From Planctomycetota bacterium (GTDB lineage Bacteria; Planctomycetota; SZUA-567; H5-PLA8), in NCBI GenBank assembly GCA_038227875.1, contig JBBRPR010000086.1, forward strand, positions 1 through 31,118: DNA of 31,118 nucleotides. Direction: 5' to 3'. Positions 8,417 through 17,664 of this stretch are shown piece after piece. Position 1 is the first letter of the stretch, and each line of letters starts with the position of its first letter. Below the pieces are notes generated by a model. That model was given only the letters and a program-made list of their open reading frames with translations, ran no database searches and was not told where the DNA came from. Position numbers and translations under genes: made by a program.

Positions 8417-10237
8417 TCACGCGAGCAGTGTGTCATGCCAGCCGTGCTGGTCCAGCAGTTTCATGACGCGATGAACGGCGTCGTACTTCCGGGCGTTGTG
8501 TCCGTCGAGCAGTGATTCGCGCAAGGCATCAACAGGTACGCCGGCGGTCGCGAGCTTCTCCATGACCTGCAGGAAGACCTTGCGGTGGCGGCCGAAGCTC
8601 TGGTCGCCTTCGAAACGCAGATGTTCTTCGTGCGCGGGCCAGATGCCGGTGACGGCGAGCAGCTGGCTGGCGGCGAAGGCGGGATGATCGAAGGGCATGT
8701 CTTCGAACCAGAACAGGGGCATGCCGGTGGCGACGAGGCGCTTCTGGAAATTCAAGAGCGCCTGTCCGCTGAGCGGCGCGGTGTTGGGCAGATTATTGGC
8801 GAGGCAGAACGCGGCGAGTTCGCCGGCCGCTTCGCCGATCGTCCATTCCGACGGATGCATGCGGTACGCGCCGTTGGCGACCTGGCTGACGCCGATCCCC
8901 TTCCCCGCCGCGGCGAAGTTGCTCAGCGCCGGAGCGACCATGGCGCTCAGCGGCACCTGGTACGGCCGCGCGCCCTGCCAGAGACTCGGTCCCGGCATGC
9001 CCGAACGCGCGTGGATGTCGATGGCGTAGCCGCCGAGTCCGACCGAGTCGCGGAAATGCCTGGCGCGGCTGCCGAGGTTGAATTCGACGGCGAGATCCTG
9101 TTCGATCACCGTGCGCTGCGCGACCAGGCGACGGCCTTCGCGGACGTAGGGCGCCTGCGCGATGCCGTCGTCGGTGCCGGTGGCTTCGGGCATGAGGCGC
9201 AGTTCGGGGTAGCCGCGGCCGCCCTCATCGCGGGGCGCTTCGGTCTGGAGCCAGTAGATGTACGCGCGGGTCAGCTCGCGGGCGTCGCTCAGGATTTGTT
9301 CGCGCTGGGGGCTCTCGAGATACGCGGCGTCGTTGAAGTCGTTGCACTTCACGTTGATCACGGCGCGGCCGGTGACGTTCTCGAAATTCGCCGCGTCGAC
9401 GACGCAGCGGTAAAACCAGAACGGGCAGATACGGCTGCCGCTTTTCAAGATGCGCGGCTTGAAGAAGTACGAGGGCTCCTCGGGCGTCGCACCGGGACCG
9501 GAGAGATAGAAATTGTGGCGGTCGCGGATCGCTTCGTAGTTGGCGGGCTTCGGAGAGACGTGCGAGGACTTCGGCACGAATTCCACAACGGCACAGTACG
9601 TGAAGCACTGCACGGCACTGCGGTCGGCGCGCTCCGCGGCGTGGGGTTCATTGAAGTCGGCCGGAGTTTCGGAACCGATGCGGTAAGGCAAATTGAGCAG
9701 CGGGTACGTGTCGCCCGTTTCGGAACCATCGAGGAAGAAGTCGGCGGTGAGTTCCAGCTGTCGCGCGGAATTGCCGAGGTCCTGGACGGTGATGGTTTGG
9801 ACCTTGCCGCCGGAGCTCGAGGCTTTGACGGGCACGACGCCGGTGAGGACTGTCAGTTTTCCTGACGCGATGCCGGGCCGCAGCCAATCGAGCAGTACGT
9901 TGTGAGCGACGTCGGGTTCGGCGGTGAGGTGCGAGCAGCGGGCGTTGCCGGGACAGAGATGGAGTTGGGCTTCGCCGAGCGGCGAGAGTTTGTAGCGCGA
10001 GGTATAGGCGGCGCGGATGCGCGAGCGGAATTCGGCGTAGCGGCGCGTGACGCCGCAGCGCTCACCGGACGGATCGTTGAGATCGTCGAGCACGCAGAGC
10101 GCCTGGCTGGAGACCTGTCCGCCGATCCATGGAAACTCTTCGGTCAGCGTGACGGAGTATCCGCGATCGAGCAGCGCCAGCGCTGCCGCAACTCCACCAA
10201 AACCAGCGCCAATTATGGCCACATCGCTACGGATCAT
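8417..10237 (-). CDS. FAD-dependent oxidoreductase (FAD_oxidored-type)
   Basis: DVAIIGAGFGGVAAA, WIGGQ, FFLDGSETGD, PYVREGRR, YAIDIH, PYQVPL and AYRMHPSEWTIGEAAG motifs. Confidence 0.88.
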   Translation of the reverse strand: MIRSDVAIIGAGFGGVAAALALLDRGYSVTLTEEFPWIGGQVSSQALCVLDDLNDPSGERCGVTRRYAEFRSRIRAAYTSRYKLSPLGEAQLHLCPGNARCSHLTAEPDVAHNVLLDWLRPGIASGKLTVLTGVVPVKASSSGGKVQTITVQDLGNSARQLELTADFFLDGSETGDTYPLLNLPYRIGSETPADFNEPHAAERADRSAVQCFTYCAVVEFVPKSSHVSPKPANYEAIRDRHNFYLSGPGATPEEPSYFFKPRILKSGSRICPFWFYRCVVDAANFENVTGRAVINVKCNDFNDAAYLESPQREQILSDARELTRAYIYWLQTEAPRDEGGRGYPELRLMPEATGTDDGIAQAPYVREGRRLVAQRTVIEQDLAVEFNLGSRARHFRDSVGLGGYAIDIHARSGMPGPSLWQGARPYQVPLSAMVAPALSNFAAAGKGIGVSQVANGAYRMHPSEWTIGEAAGELAAFCLANNLPNTAPLSGQALLNFQKRLVATGMPLFWFEDMPFDHPAFAASQLLAVTGIWPAHEEHLRFEGDQSFGRHRKVFLQVMEKLATAGVPVDALRESLLDGHNARKYDAVHRVMKLLDQHGWHDTLLA

Positions 10238-10356
10238 GGGGTTTCAAGCTCCGGGTGAACGGTGATGACTCGCCGCGAGCTTAGCGCAGGAATCGGGCTG
10301 GCGGTGGACAATTCTATCGAACAGGAAATACGGTGTATCCTGGTTGTATCCTTTTT

Positions 10357-10530
10357 GTAGTCCGGGCGTCTCGCCCGGTCACCTTCCCCACCCCGGCGAA
10401 AGTTTACACTCGGATTGGCACACTCTCCCGCGAGAGCACAGTTTGTTTCGCTTCGCAATCGAGTTGCCCTCCGATCAGAGTACGGGTACTGCTTTCGCCA
10501 AGGTTAGACCGGGCGGGACGCCCGGACTAC
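10357..10530. repeat. GTAG-type REP doublet (REPIN-like long hairpin)
   Basis: GTAGTCCGGGCGTCTCGCCCGGTC (10357..10380) and its inverted copy (10507..10530) match at 23/24 positions. Each has a 7-bp stem, and the inner arms also pair (GGCGAAAG/CTTTCGCC). Confidence 0.8.
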
Positions 10531-11285
10531 GACGGCCGAATGTTGGCGGCGAGCGCGGCCATCTCGGCGTCGTTCAGCGCGCGGTTGAAGATGGCCAGAC
10601 CGCCGAGCACGCCGGCGTACCAGTTGCCCATCACACCACTGCGATGGACGGCACCGACAGTGAAATCGGAGCCGCTGGGTCCGGCGTCGAACAGACCGCC
10701 GGGGTACGGATACGGATTGCGTTCGGGACGGACGTCGAGCTGGCCACCGAGGTACGAGCGCGCGAAAGCTCCATCGTAGGTGAAGCCGACGCACTGCCAG
10801 GCGTGAAACGGCACGGGCGTCGCACCAACACTGGTGTCCATGCAATACTTGAAGCCGGGCGTCGGCCCGCCAATCGACGAGACGTGGCCGCAGACCTGAT
10901 CGCTGCTCTCCCAAATGTGGAGATTGAGGAAGAGGCAGTATTGGCGCAGCCGCTCGGTTTCGTTCCACATGCCGGCGATGGCTTCACAATGGACGGGAGT
11001 CTGCGGAGCGCGGCGGATCCACGCGACGACGCTGACCTGCGCGGCCGGACCGTGGAGATTCAACGCCGGGCAATCGGCGCGCGGGGCGCGCAGCCAGTCT
11101 CCGGTTTCCAGGTTTGCGGCGTGTGGAGCGAAGATGCCGCCGTCGACGCGAGCGATCGGTCGGCCCATTTCGTGGAGACGGTAAGGATGTGGACCGCGCG
11201 CGACGCGGTCGCTGCCCGGCGCTTCGGCGAAGTCCCAGAAGCTGATCAGGCCAGGAAGTTCAAGCGGATGGGCGGCGGCGGTCAT
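10527..11285 (-). CDS. LamG-like (concanavalin A-like jelly-roll) domain protein
   Basis: GLISFWDF, VSVVAWI, WQCVGFTYDG...YLGGQL, YAGVLGGLAIFNRALNDAEM. Overlaps the upstream gene by ATGA. Confidence 0.8.
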   Translation of the reverse strand: MTAAAHPLELPGLISFWDFAEAPGSDRVARGPHPYRLHEMGRPIARVDGGIFAPHAANLETGDWLRAPRADCPALNLHGPAAQVSVVAWIRRAPQTPVHCEAIAGMWNETERLRQYCLFLNLHIWESSDQVCGHVSSIGGPTPGFKYCMDTSVGATPVPFHAWQCVGFTYDGAFARSYLGGQLDVRPERNPYPYPGGLFDAGPSGSDFTVGAVHRSGVMGNWYAGVLGGLAIFNRALNDAEMAALAANIRPS

Positions 11286-12343
11286 TTTGATGACTCCAGA
11301 CTATCGATGATGGCATCGGCGATGCGGGCTCGGAATTGGTGCGAGCCGTCGTCGTCGCCACGGTGGACCGGGTGCGTGCGGTTGGTGAGCACAACTGTGA
11401 AGAGCTCGCGTTCGGGATCGATCCAGATGGACTGACCGGTCCAGCCGCTGTGGCCGTAGGCGGATTTCGAGAAGCGCTGGCCGCGAGAGTGGGCTTGTTC
11501 CGGCGGCCGGAGATCCCAGCCCAAGGCGCGCGCAAGCAGCGGAGGCTCATTCAAGTTGGTCGTGCAGAGCGCATGCGCGCGCGGCGAGAGGATGCGCGTG
11601 CCGGCAAGCGTTCCTCCACAGAGCATCATTTGCGCGAAACGGGCGAGGTCGGCGGCGGTGGTGAACAGTCCGGCATTGCCGATGGCGCGGCCGGCGCGGC
11701 GAGCGAGACCATCGCTGACTTCGTGGGGCTCAAGGCGTTCGGTGGCGACGAGACGTGCACGATCGGATGCGGAATCCGCCGGACCGAAACGCGTGTCGCG
11801 CATGCCCAGCGGTTCGAAAATACGCGTGTGGCAGAAGCTATCGAAAGTTCCATGCGTGACGGCTTCGACAATCAGCCCGAGGATCACGAAGCCGGGGCAG
11901 CAGTACTCCCAATGCGTACCGGGCGGGCCAAGAACCGTTCGCGTGCAAAGCGCATGCAGCAGAGCCTCGCCATTGAGTTCGTTGAACTTCTCGTTGGAGA
12001 GTCCGGCGGTATGCGTGACAAGGTGGCGGAGCGTGATGCTCTGCAGCGTCGGGAGATTCATGGCGGAAAGGTAATGGTGCGCGGGGGCGTCGAGATCGAG
12101 CAAGCCAGCGTCGATGCAGATCGCGACAGCCGTGGCGGTGGCGACGACTTTGGTGATGCTCGCGACGTCGAAGATGGCATCGGGGCGCATTGCTACCGCG
12201 TGCGGCGTGATGCGTGCATGACCCAGGACGCGTGTCAACTGCACACCTGCGCGACGACCGGCGACGATCACGACTCCGGGAAAAATGCCGGCATCGATGC
12301 CCGCTTGGGCGGCGGCGAGGACGGGATCGGCCTGGTCAGGCAT
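11282..12343 (-). CDS. Serine hydrolase, beta-lactamase class C / family VIII esterase-like
   Basis: FDVASITK (SxxK), ITLRHLVTHTAGL, IFEPLGM, GNAGLF and YGHSGWTG motifs. Confidence 0.9.
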   Translation of the reverse strand: MPDQADPVLAAAQAGIDAGIFPGVVIVAGRRAGVQLTRVLGHARITPHAVAMRPDAIFDVASITKVVATATAVAICIDAGLLDLDAPAHHYLSAMNLPTLQSITLRHLVTHTAGLSNEKFNELNGEALLHALCTRTVLGPPGTHWEYCCPGFVILGLIVEAVTHGTFDSFCHTRIFEPLGMRDTRFGPADSASDRARLVATERLEPHEVSDGLARRAGRAIGNAGLFTTAADLARFAQMMLCGGTLAGTRILSPRAHALCTTNLNEPPLLARALGWDLRPPEQAHSRGQRFSKSAYGHSGWTGQSIWIDPERELFTVVLTNRTHPVHRGDDDGSHQFRARIADAIIDSLESSK

Positions 12344-12446
12344 GGGTCAAATGTTCCGTTCAACGGAGTCGCGCGGGCCCATTTGGCCCAGGTCAACTGT
12401 GGCATACGTTCCTTGGCGCCGGCGGTCAATGCGATCGCCTTGAAAG

Positions 12447-12530
12447 TGTAACATTTGGGCTGTTTGCACGGGCTGAAGTACACCAACTTTTTCATAGGCA
12501 AATGTGACAGAATGTTACAAAATGTTACGT
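12447..12530. promoter_or_regulatory. Phased AATGTTAC-box repeats in a divergent promoter region
   Basis: AATGTGACAG, AATGTTACAA and AATGTTACGT in tandem at 12501..12530, plus an inverted copy TGTAACATTT at 12447..12456. Confidence 0.55.
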
Positions 12531-12554
12531 GTTATCGGTCCTTGATTGTTTCCC

Positions 12555-12574
12555 GTACAACAGCGTTGTTGTAC
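12555..12574. promoter_or_regulatory. Palindromic operator-like site
   Basis: GTACAACA-GCGT-TGTTGTAC, perfect 8-bp arms with a central CG. Confidence 0.45.
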
Positions 12575-12803
12575 TCCGGACCGTCCTGCGCCACCGTCTT
12601 TTCCAATTTCTGAAATCACCGTCCGCGTGAGATTGAATACTTCACCTATTTACTATACACCGTTGAATCGGATAGTCAATGTCTTCGATTAAATATTTAT
12701 TACTCGGTGGAGCGAAAGTGAGTCCTGAATTGGACCCAACTGGTCGTCGCAAGCTATTTATATCGCAAGATGTTATGGATTGGACTTTTCTCACAGAATC
12801 GTG

Positions 12804-12818
12804 TGGCCTTTGTCTTGC
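12804..12818 (+). promoter_or_regulatory. Possible sigma54 promoter of the CHASE3 kinase operon
   Basis: TGGCCTTTGTCTTGC (GG-N10-GC with TTGC), about 66 nt upstream of ATG 12885. Confidence 0.35.
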
Positions 12819-12884
12819 CTTTGATTGCTTGAACGCATTTAGCTGCTAAACATGAGCTCGCATTGAGGAGCAGTTCTTCCGCCT

Positions 12885-15158
12885 ATGAGTCGCGCTCACA
12901 TCACGTTTCTAATTGTCGTCATCGTCATTCTCGGCGGCTTTGCGTGGGTTTCCTTTCGGAGCCTCCGGCAGGTCACGGCATCGGCGAAATGGGTGACACA
13001 TACCCGCGAAGTACTGGAAACGCAGGAGGCACTGATCTCGACGCTGAAAGATGCGGAGACGGGACAGCGCGGTTACGTAATCACGGGCAACGCAGACTAT
13101 CTGGAGCCCTATCAGAAGGCGCTAACCAATGTGCAGCAGCGCTTTGACAAAGTTGTGGAACTGACACGGGACAATGTGGATCAACAGAAGAGCGCCGGGG
13201 AACTCAAGGAGCTGATCGACCTCAAGCTCGCGGAGATGAAGCGCATTATTGAACTGCGCGATGCCCAGGGTTTTGAAGCGGCGCAGAAGGGCATCCGGGA
13301 TAACGCCGGAAAACGACAAATGGATGCGATCCGGGCGAAAGCTTCAGAGATGGAACAGGAGGAACGCAGTCTCCTGGCGGAGCGCGAACGGGACTCAGAA
13401 CAGAGCATCGCCAACGCGCACTTGGGTTCGATTGTGGCGACGGCGGCGGGCCTGGTGCTGGTGGCCTTCGCCTTTGTGGGACTGAAACGCGATGTGGAAA
13501 TGCGCCAGGCGCGTGAGAAGGAAGGCCACGAACACCGCGAGTGGCTGCGCGTCACGCTGTCGAGCATCGGCGACGCGGTGGTCACGACGGACAACGCGGG
13601 GCGGATCAATTTCATTAATCCCGTGGCGATGAAAATGATGGGCGTGAAGAGCGAGGACGTGGTCAATCAGCCGCTGGAAGCAACTTTCAACATCGTCAAT
13701 GAAATGACGCGCACGAAGGCGGAGAACCCGATCACGCGTGTGCTGCGCGAAGGCGCGATCGTGGGGCTGGCCAACCATACCTGCCTGATCGCGACGGACG
13801 GAACGGAGACGCCGATCGAGGACAGTGCGGCGCCGATCAAGGATGCAGAGGGAAAGATTCTCGGCGTGGTCATGGTCTTTCACGATGTTTCCGAGCGCCG
13901 GGCGGCGGAAATTGCGCTGCAGAAATCGCGCGACGAACTGGAACAGCGGGTGATTGACCGGACCGAACAGCTGAAGGAGCGCGAAGAGCATTTCCGCGTG
14001 CTGGTGCAGGGCGTCACCGATTACGCGATTTCGCGTCTGGATACCGAAGGCCGCGTGGTGGGCTGGAACGTGGGTGCCGAGCGGATCACGGGGTATTCGA
14101 CCGAAGAGATCCTGGGGAAGCCTTTTGAAGTCTTCTACACGGAAGAAGAGAAGAAGGAAGGCATCGCCGCGGCGGTTTTGAAAGAAGCGCAGGAGCACGG
14201 GCGGAGCGAGCGTGAGGGGCCGCGGATGCGCAAGGATGGCTCGCGCTTCTGGGCCAATGCGGTGGTTTCCGCGTTGCGAGATGAAAAGCAGACGCTACGT
14301 GGGTTCGCGGCGGTGACGCGCGACATCACCCAGTTGAAGCACTCGGAAGTGGAACGCCAGCATCTGCTCGACGACCTGGGCCGGAAGAACAAGGAGCTGG
14401 AATCGGTCATCTACGTCACATCGCACGACCTGCGTTCGCCGCTGGTGAACATCCAGGGCTACAGCAAGGAACTGGCGCGCGCGGTCCAGGAGATCACGGC
14501 GGCGATCGCGGCGCCTTCGCGGACGGAAGCGGAAGCGGCGCAGTTACAGACGACGCTGAATACGGACGTGCCCAAGTTCGTGCGCTACATCCTGACCAGC
14601 ACGGAGAAGATGAACGCGCTGCTCAAGGGGCTGCTCAAGCTCTCGCGCCTGGACCGTCAGGAACTCACTCTCGAAGAGCTGAACATGGATGAGATGCTGG
14701 GCAAGATTTCCGACTCGATGCGCTACCAGCTCAACGCCGCCAATGCGCGGCTGACCATCGATCCGCTATCGAAGTGCTTTGGCGACGAGATGCAGGTGAA
14801 CCAGATTTTCTCGAATTTGATCGACAACGCGCTGAAGTACGCCGACCCGGCGCGGACGCCGGAGATCCGCGTCTCGAGCATCGCGCCCGACGACGGCGAG
14901 GTGGTGTACTGCGTGTCGGACAACGGGATAGGGATTCATGCGGAGCATCAGAAAAAGGTCTTCGAGATTTTTCAGCGTCTGGATCCCAAGGGCAACGTTT
15001 CCGGCGACGGTCTGGGGCTGACTCTGGTGCAGCGCATCGTCGAACGCCACGGCGGGCGGATCTGGGTGGAATCGGCGCCGGGGACGGGATCGAAATTTTT
15101 TGTCAGTTTGCCGCGCAAGAATCAAGACAATCAACTCACCACCGTGGGCAGGAGGTAA
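12885..15158 (+). CDS. Membrane sensor histidine kinase (CHASE3-PAS-PAS-HisKA-HATPase)
   Basis: CHASE3 motif WVTHTREVL...DAETGQRGYVITG...YLEPY between two TMs, two PAS/PAC domains, H-box SHDLRSPL, NLIDNALKY, DNGIG, GLGL. GAGGAG RBS. Confidence 0.95.
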   Translation: MSRAHITFLIVVIVILGGFAWVSFRSLRQVTASAKWVTHTREVLETQEALISTLKDAETGQRGYVITGNADYLEPYQKALTNVQQRFDKVVELTRDNVDQQKSAGELKELIDLKLAEMKRIIELRDAQGFEAAQKGIRDNAGKRQMDAIRAKASEMEQEERSLLAERERDSEQSIANAHLGSIVATAAGLVLVAFAFVGLKRDVEMRQAREKEGHEHREWLRVTLSSIGDAVVTTDNAGRINFINPVAMKMMGVKSEDVVNQPLEATFNIVNEMTRTKAENPITRVLREGAIVGLANHTCLIATDGTETPIEDSAAPIKDAEGKILGVVMVFHDVSERRAAEIALQKSRDELEQRVIDRTEQLKEREEHFRVLVQGVTDYAISRLDTEGRVVGWNVGAERITGYSTEEILGKPFEVFYTEEEKKEGIAAAVLKEAQEHGRSEREGPRMRKDGSRFWANAVVSALRDEKQTLRGFAAVTRDITQLKHSEVERQHLLDDLGRKNKELESVIYVTSHDLRSPLVNIQGYSKELARAVQEITAAIAAPSRTEAEAAQLQTTLNTDVPKFVRYILTSTEKMNALLKGLLKLSRLDRQELTLEELNMDEMLGKISDSMRYQLNAANARLTIDPLSKCFGDEMQVNQIFSNLIDNALKYADPARTPEIRVSSIAPDDGEVVYCVSDNGIGIHAEHQKKVFEIFQRLDPKGNVSGDGLGLTLVQRIVERHGGRIWVESAPGTGSKFFVSLPRKNQDNQLTTVGRR

Positions 15159-15161
15159 CAC

Positions 15162-15593
15162 ATGGAACGCGAAGTGGAAATCCTTATTGTCGAAGACGAC
15201 GACGGACACGCCGAATTGATCAGGACCAACCTGTCTCGTGCCGGCTTCAAAAACGACATGCAGCGCTTCAAGGACGGGCAGGAGGTTATCGACTTCCTCT
15301 TCACCGGCGAGCCGAAGACCAAGGCCAGTTACCTGATCCTGCTGGACATCAACATGCCGAAGATCGACGGCATCGAGGTGCTGCGGCGAGTCAAGAGCAG
15401 CGAGTTGTACAAGGCGCTGCCGGTGATCATGCTGACGACCACCGACGACCCACGTGAAGTGAAGCGTTGCCACGACCTGGGCTGCAACAGCTATGTGGCC
15501 AAGCCGGTGGATTACGAGGAATTCATTGGCGCGGTGCAGCAGCTGGGATTGTTCTTGAAGATCGTGGAGATACCGAAGAACGGTAGAATCTAG
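15162..15593 (+). CDS. Single-domain response regulator (Rcp1-like)
   Basis: ILIVEDD, LILLDINMPKIDG, VIMLTT and YVAKPV motifs. AGGAGG RBS. Confidence 0.95.
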   Translation: MEREVEILIVEDDDGHAELIRTNLSRAGFKNDMQRFKDGQEVIDFLFTGEPKTKASYLILLDINMPKIDGIEVLRRVKSSELYKALPVIMLTTTDDPREVKRCHDLGCNSYVAKPVDYEEFIGAVQQLGLFLKIVEIPKNGRI

Positions 15594-15627
15594 TGTAGTG
15601 ATGACGTGCGCCCGAAGAGGTACGAAC

Positions 15628-17631
15628 ATGTCGGAAAAAGAACCCCTGCTGATCGTCGAAGACGACGACGCGTTTGCCGAGTTGCTCAAGACGGTGCTGG
15701 AGCGTCATCACTACCAGGTGTCGGTTGTGAACACGGGGCGCGACGCGCTGACGTGGATCAAGACGAATCCTGTTTCGCTGCTGATCCTGGACAGCGGTCT
15801 GCCGGACATGAAGGGCATCGACGTCGTCGAGCAGATCCGGCGGGAACGGAAGCCGATTCCGTTTGTGTCGATCACCGGCAACGGCGACGAACGCATGGCC
15901 GTGCAGTTGATGAAGCAGGGCGCGCGCGATTACATTGTGAAGGACGGCGCATTCCTGGAGGCATTTCCGCTCTCGGTGGCGAAAGTGCTGGAGCAGTTGT
16001 CGCTGGAGAAGCGTCTGGCGTCGGCCGAGGCGGATTTACGGCACAGCGAAGAGCACTTTCGTATGCTGGTGCAGAGCATCTCTGACCACGCCATTTTCAG
16101 GCTCAACCCCGACGGCACGATCGCCAGCTGGAACACCGGCGCCGAGCGGATCACCGGCTACACGTCAGCGGAGATCATCTCGCGCAAGCTCAACGAACTG
16201 ACGCCGCCGGAAGACCGCAGCAGCAGTTCGGCGTTTCTCTCGGCAATCACCACGCATGACAAATTGGATTTCGAAGGCTGGCGGCTGCGCAAGGACGGGT
16301 CGCGATTCTGGGCGTATTCAGTGATCACGCCGGTGTATGCCGGCAACGGCGAAGTGCAGGGATTCGCGTGCGTGATCCGCGATCTGACCGACCGCAAGAT
16401 AGCAGAAGACGCGATCCGCAATGCCAATCTGGCGCTGGAACAGCGCGTCCGCGAACGCACCACGGAATTGGAAGAGGCCAACGAACAGCTGCGCGAAACC
16501 ACGCGCATCGCCGAGGAGGCGAACAAGGCCAAGGACATTTTCCTGGCCACGATTTCGCACGAGTTGCGCACGCCGCTGACGCCGATCATTGGCTGGTCGC
16601 GGCTGCTGCGGACGGCAGCCTTCAGCGATGCGGAACGCACCCGGGGTCTGGAAGTGATCGAACGCAACGCCAAGGTTCAGGCGCAGCTGGTCGAGGACCT
16701 GCTGGACGTCAGCCGCATCATCACCGGCAAACTCGCGCTGACCTTCGATGCGGTGGATTTGGATTCCATCATAGAGCAATCGATCGACGTGGTGCGCGCG
16801 ACGGCTGCGGGTAAGGACATCGCCATCGAAACCGCGTTCACCTGTCGCGTCAGCGTCTCGTGCGACGCCAACAGGTTGAAGCAGGTGTTCTGGAATCTGT
16901 TGAACAATGCGATCAAGTTTACGCCCCGCGGCGGACGCATTGTCCTGAAAACAAGCCGCGTCGATGAGCAGGTGCTGGTGGAGTTCAGTGACAACGGCGA
17001 AGGCATTCCGCCCGAAGCGATACCGCATCTGTTCGAGCGTTTCTGGCAAGCTGACGGCTCGTGCGTCCGCCTGCACGGCGGATTGGGCCTGGGCCTGGCG
17101 ATCGTGCAACATCTCGTGCGCCTGCATAACGGCACCGTGTCCGCACGAAGCGATGGCCAAGGCAAGGGCGCAACGTTTGTGGTTTCACTTCCCATTGTCG
17201 ACAATCCGGTCGCGGCGCCGCCGGTTCCTGGAACGCTTCTCCCAGAAAGTGCGCCCTCGTTGAGCGGGCTGCGCGTGTTGCTGGTCGAAGACGAAGTGGA
17301 TACGCGCGAGTTGCTCAGCTTTACGCTTCGCCGTACGGGCGCCGCTGTGGAAGTAGTCGCATCGGTGAAAGAGGCCGAGGCCTCCATCCAGCGCGAGATG
17401 CCGGATATTGTGATTTCGGATTTGGCGATGCCGGAAGAGGATGGGTTTTCGCTGATCCAAAAGCTGCGTGCGGCGGAGGCGACCCGCGAGCTTCCGGTCA
17501 TTGCGCTCACGGCGTACGCCGGCGAAGAGAGCCGCATGCGCGTGCTGGCGGCAGGCTTTCAAGCCCACCTGGCAAAACCAGCGGATCCCGTGGAACTGAG
17601 CACGCAGATCAAGTACTGGGTTCGCAAGTAG
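15628..17631 (+). CDS. Hybrid histidine kinase (REC-PAS-HisKA-HATPase-REC)
   Basis: N-terminal receiver (IVEDD, LDSGLPD), PAS, H-box SHELRTPL, NLLNNAIKF, GGLGLGL, C-terminal receiver (SDLAMP, HLAKP). GAGG RBS before ATG 15628. Confidence 0.95.
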   Translation: MSEKEPLLIVEDDDAFAELLKTVLERHHYQVSVVNTGRDALTWIKTNPVSLLILDSGLPDMKGIDVVEQIRRERKPIPFVSITGNGDERMAVQLMKQGARDYIVKDGAFLEAFPLSVAKVLEQLSLEKRLASAEADLRHSEEHFRMLVQSISDHAIFRLNPDGTIASWNTGAERITGYTSAEIISRKLNELTPPEDRSSSSAFLSAITTHDKLDFEGWRLRKDGSRFWAYSVITPVYAGNGEVQGFACVIRDLTDRKIAEDAIRNANLALEQRVRERTTELEEANEQLRETTRIAEEANKAKDIFLATISHELRTPLTPIIGWSRLLRTAAFSDAERTRGLEVIERNAKVQAQLVEDLLDVSRIITGKLALTFDAVDLDSIIEQSIDVVRATAAGKDIAIETAFTCRVSVSCDANRLKQVFWNLLNNAIKFTPRGGRIVLKTSRVDEQVLVEFSDNGEGIPPEAIPHLFERFWQADGSCVRLHGGLGLGLAIVQHLVRLHNGTVSARSDGQGKGATFVVSLPIVDNPVAAPPVPGTLLPESAPSLSGLRVLLVEDEVDTRELLSFTLRRTGAAVEVVASVKEAEASIQREMPDIVISDLAMPEEDGFSLIQKLRAAEATRELPVIALTAYAGEESRMRVLAAGFQAHLAKPADPVELSTQIKYWVRK

Positions 17632-17664
17632 GCACGACTGTTACGACTACCACGGCTGGGGCGG

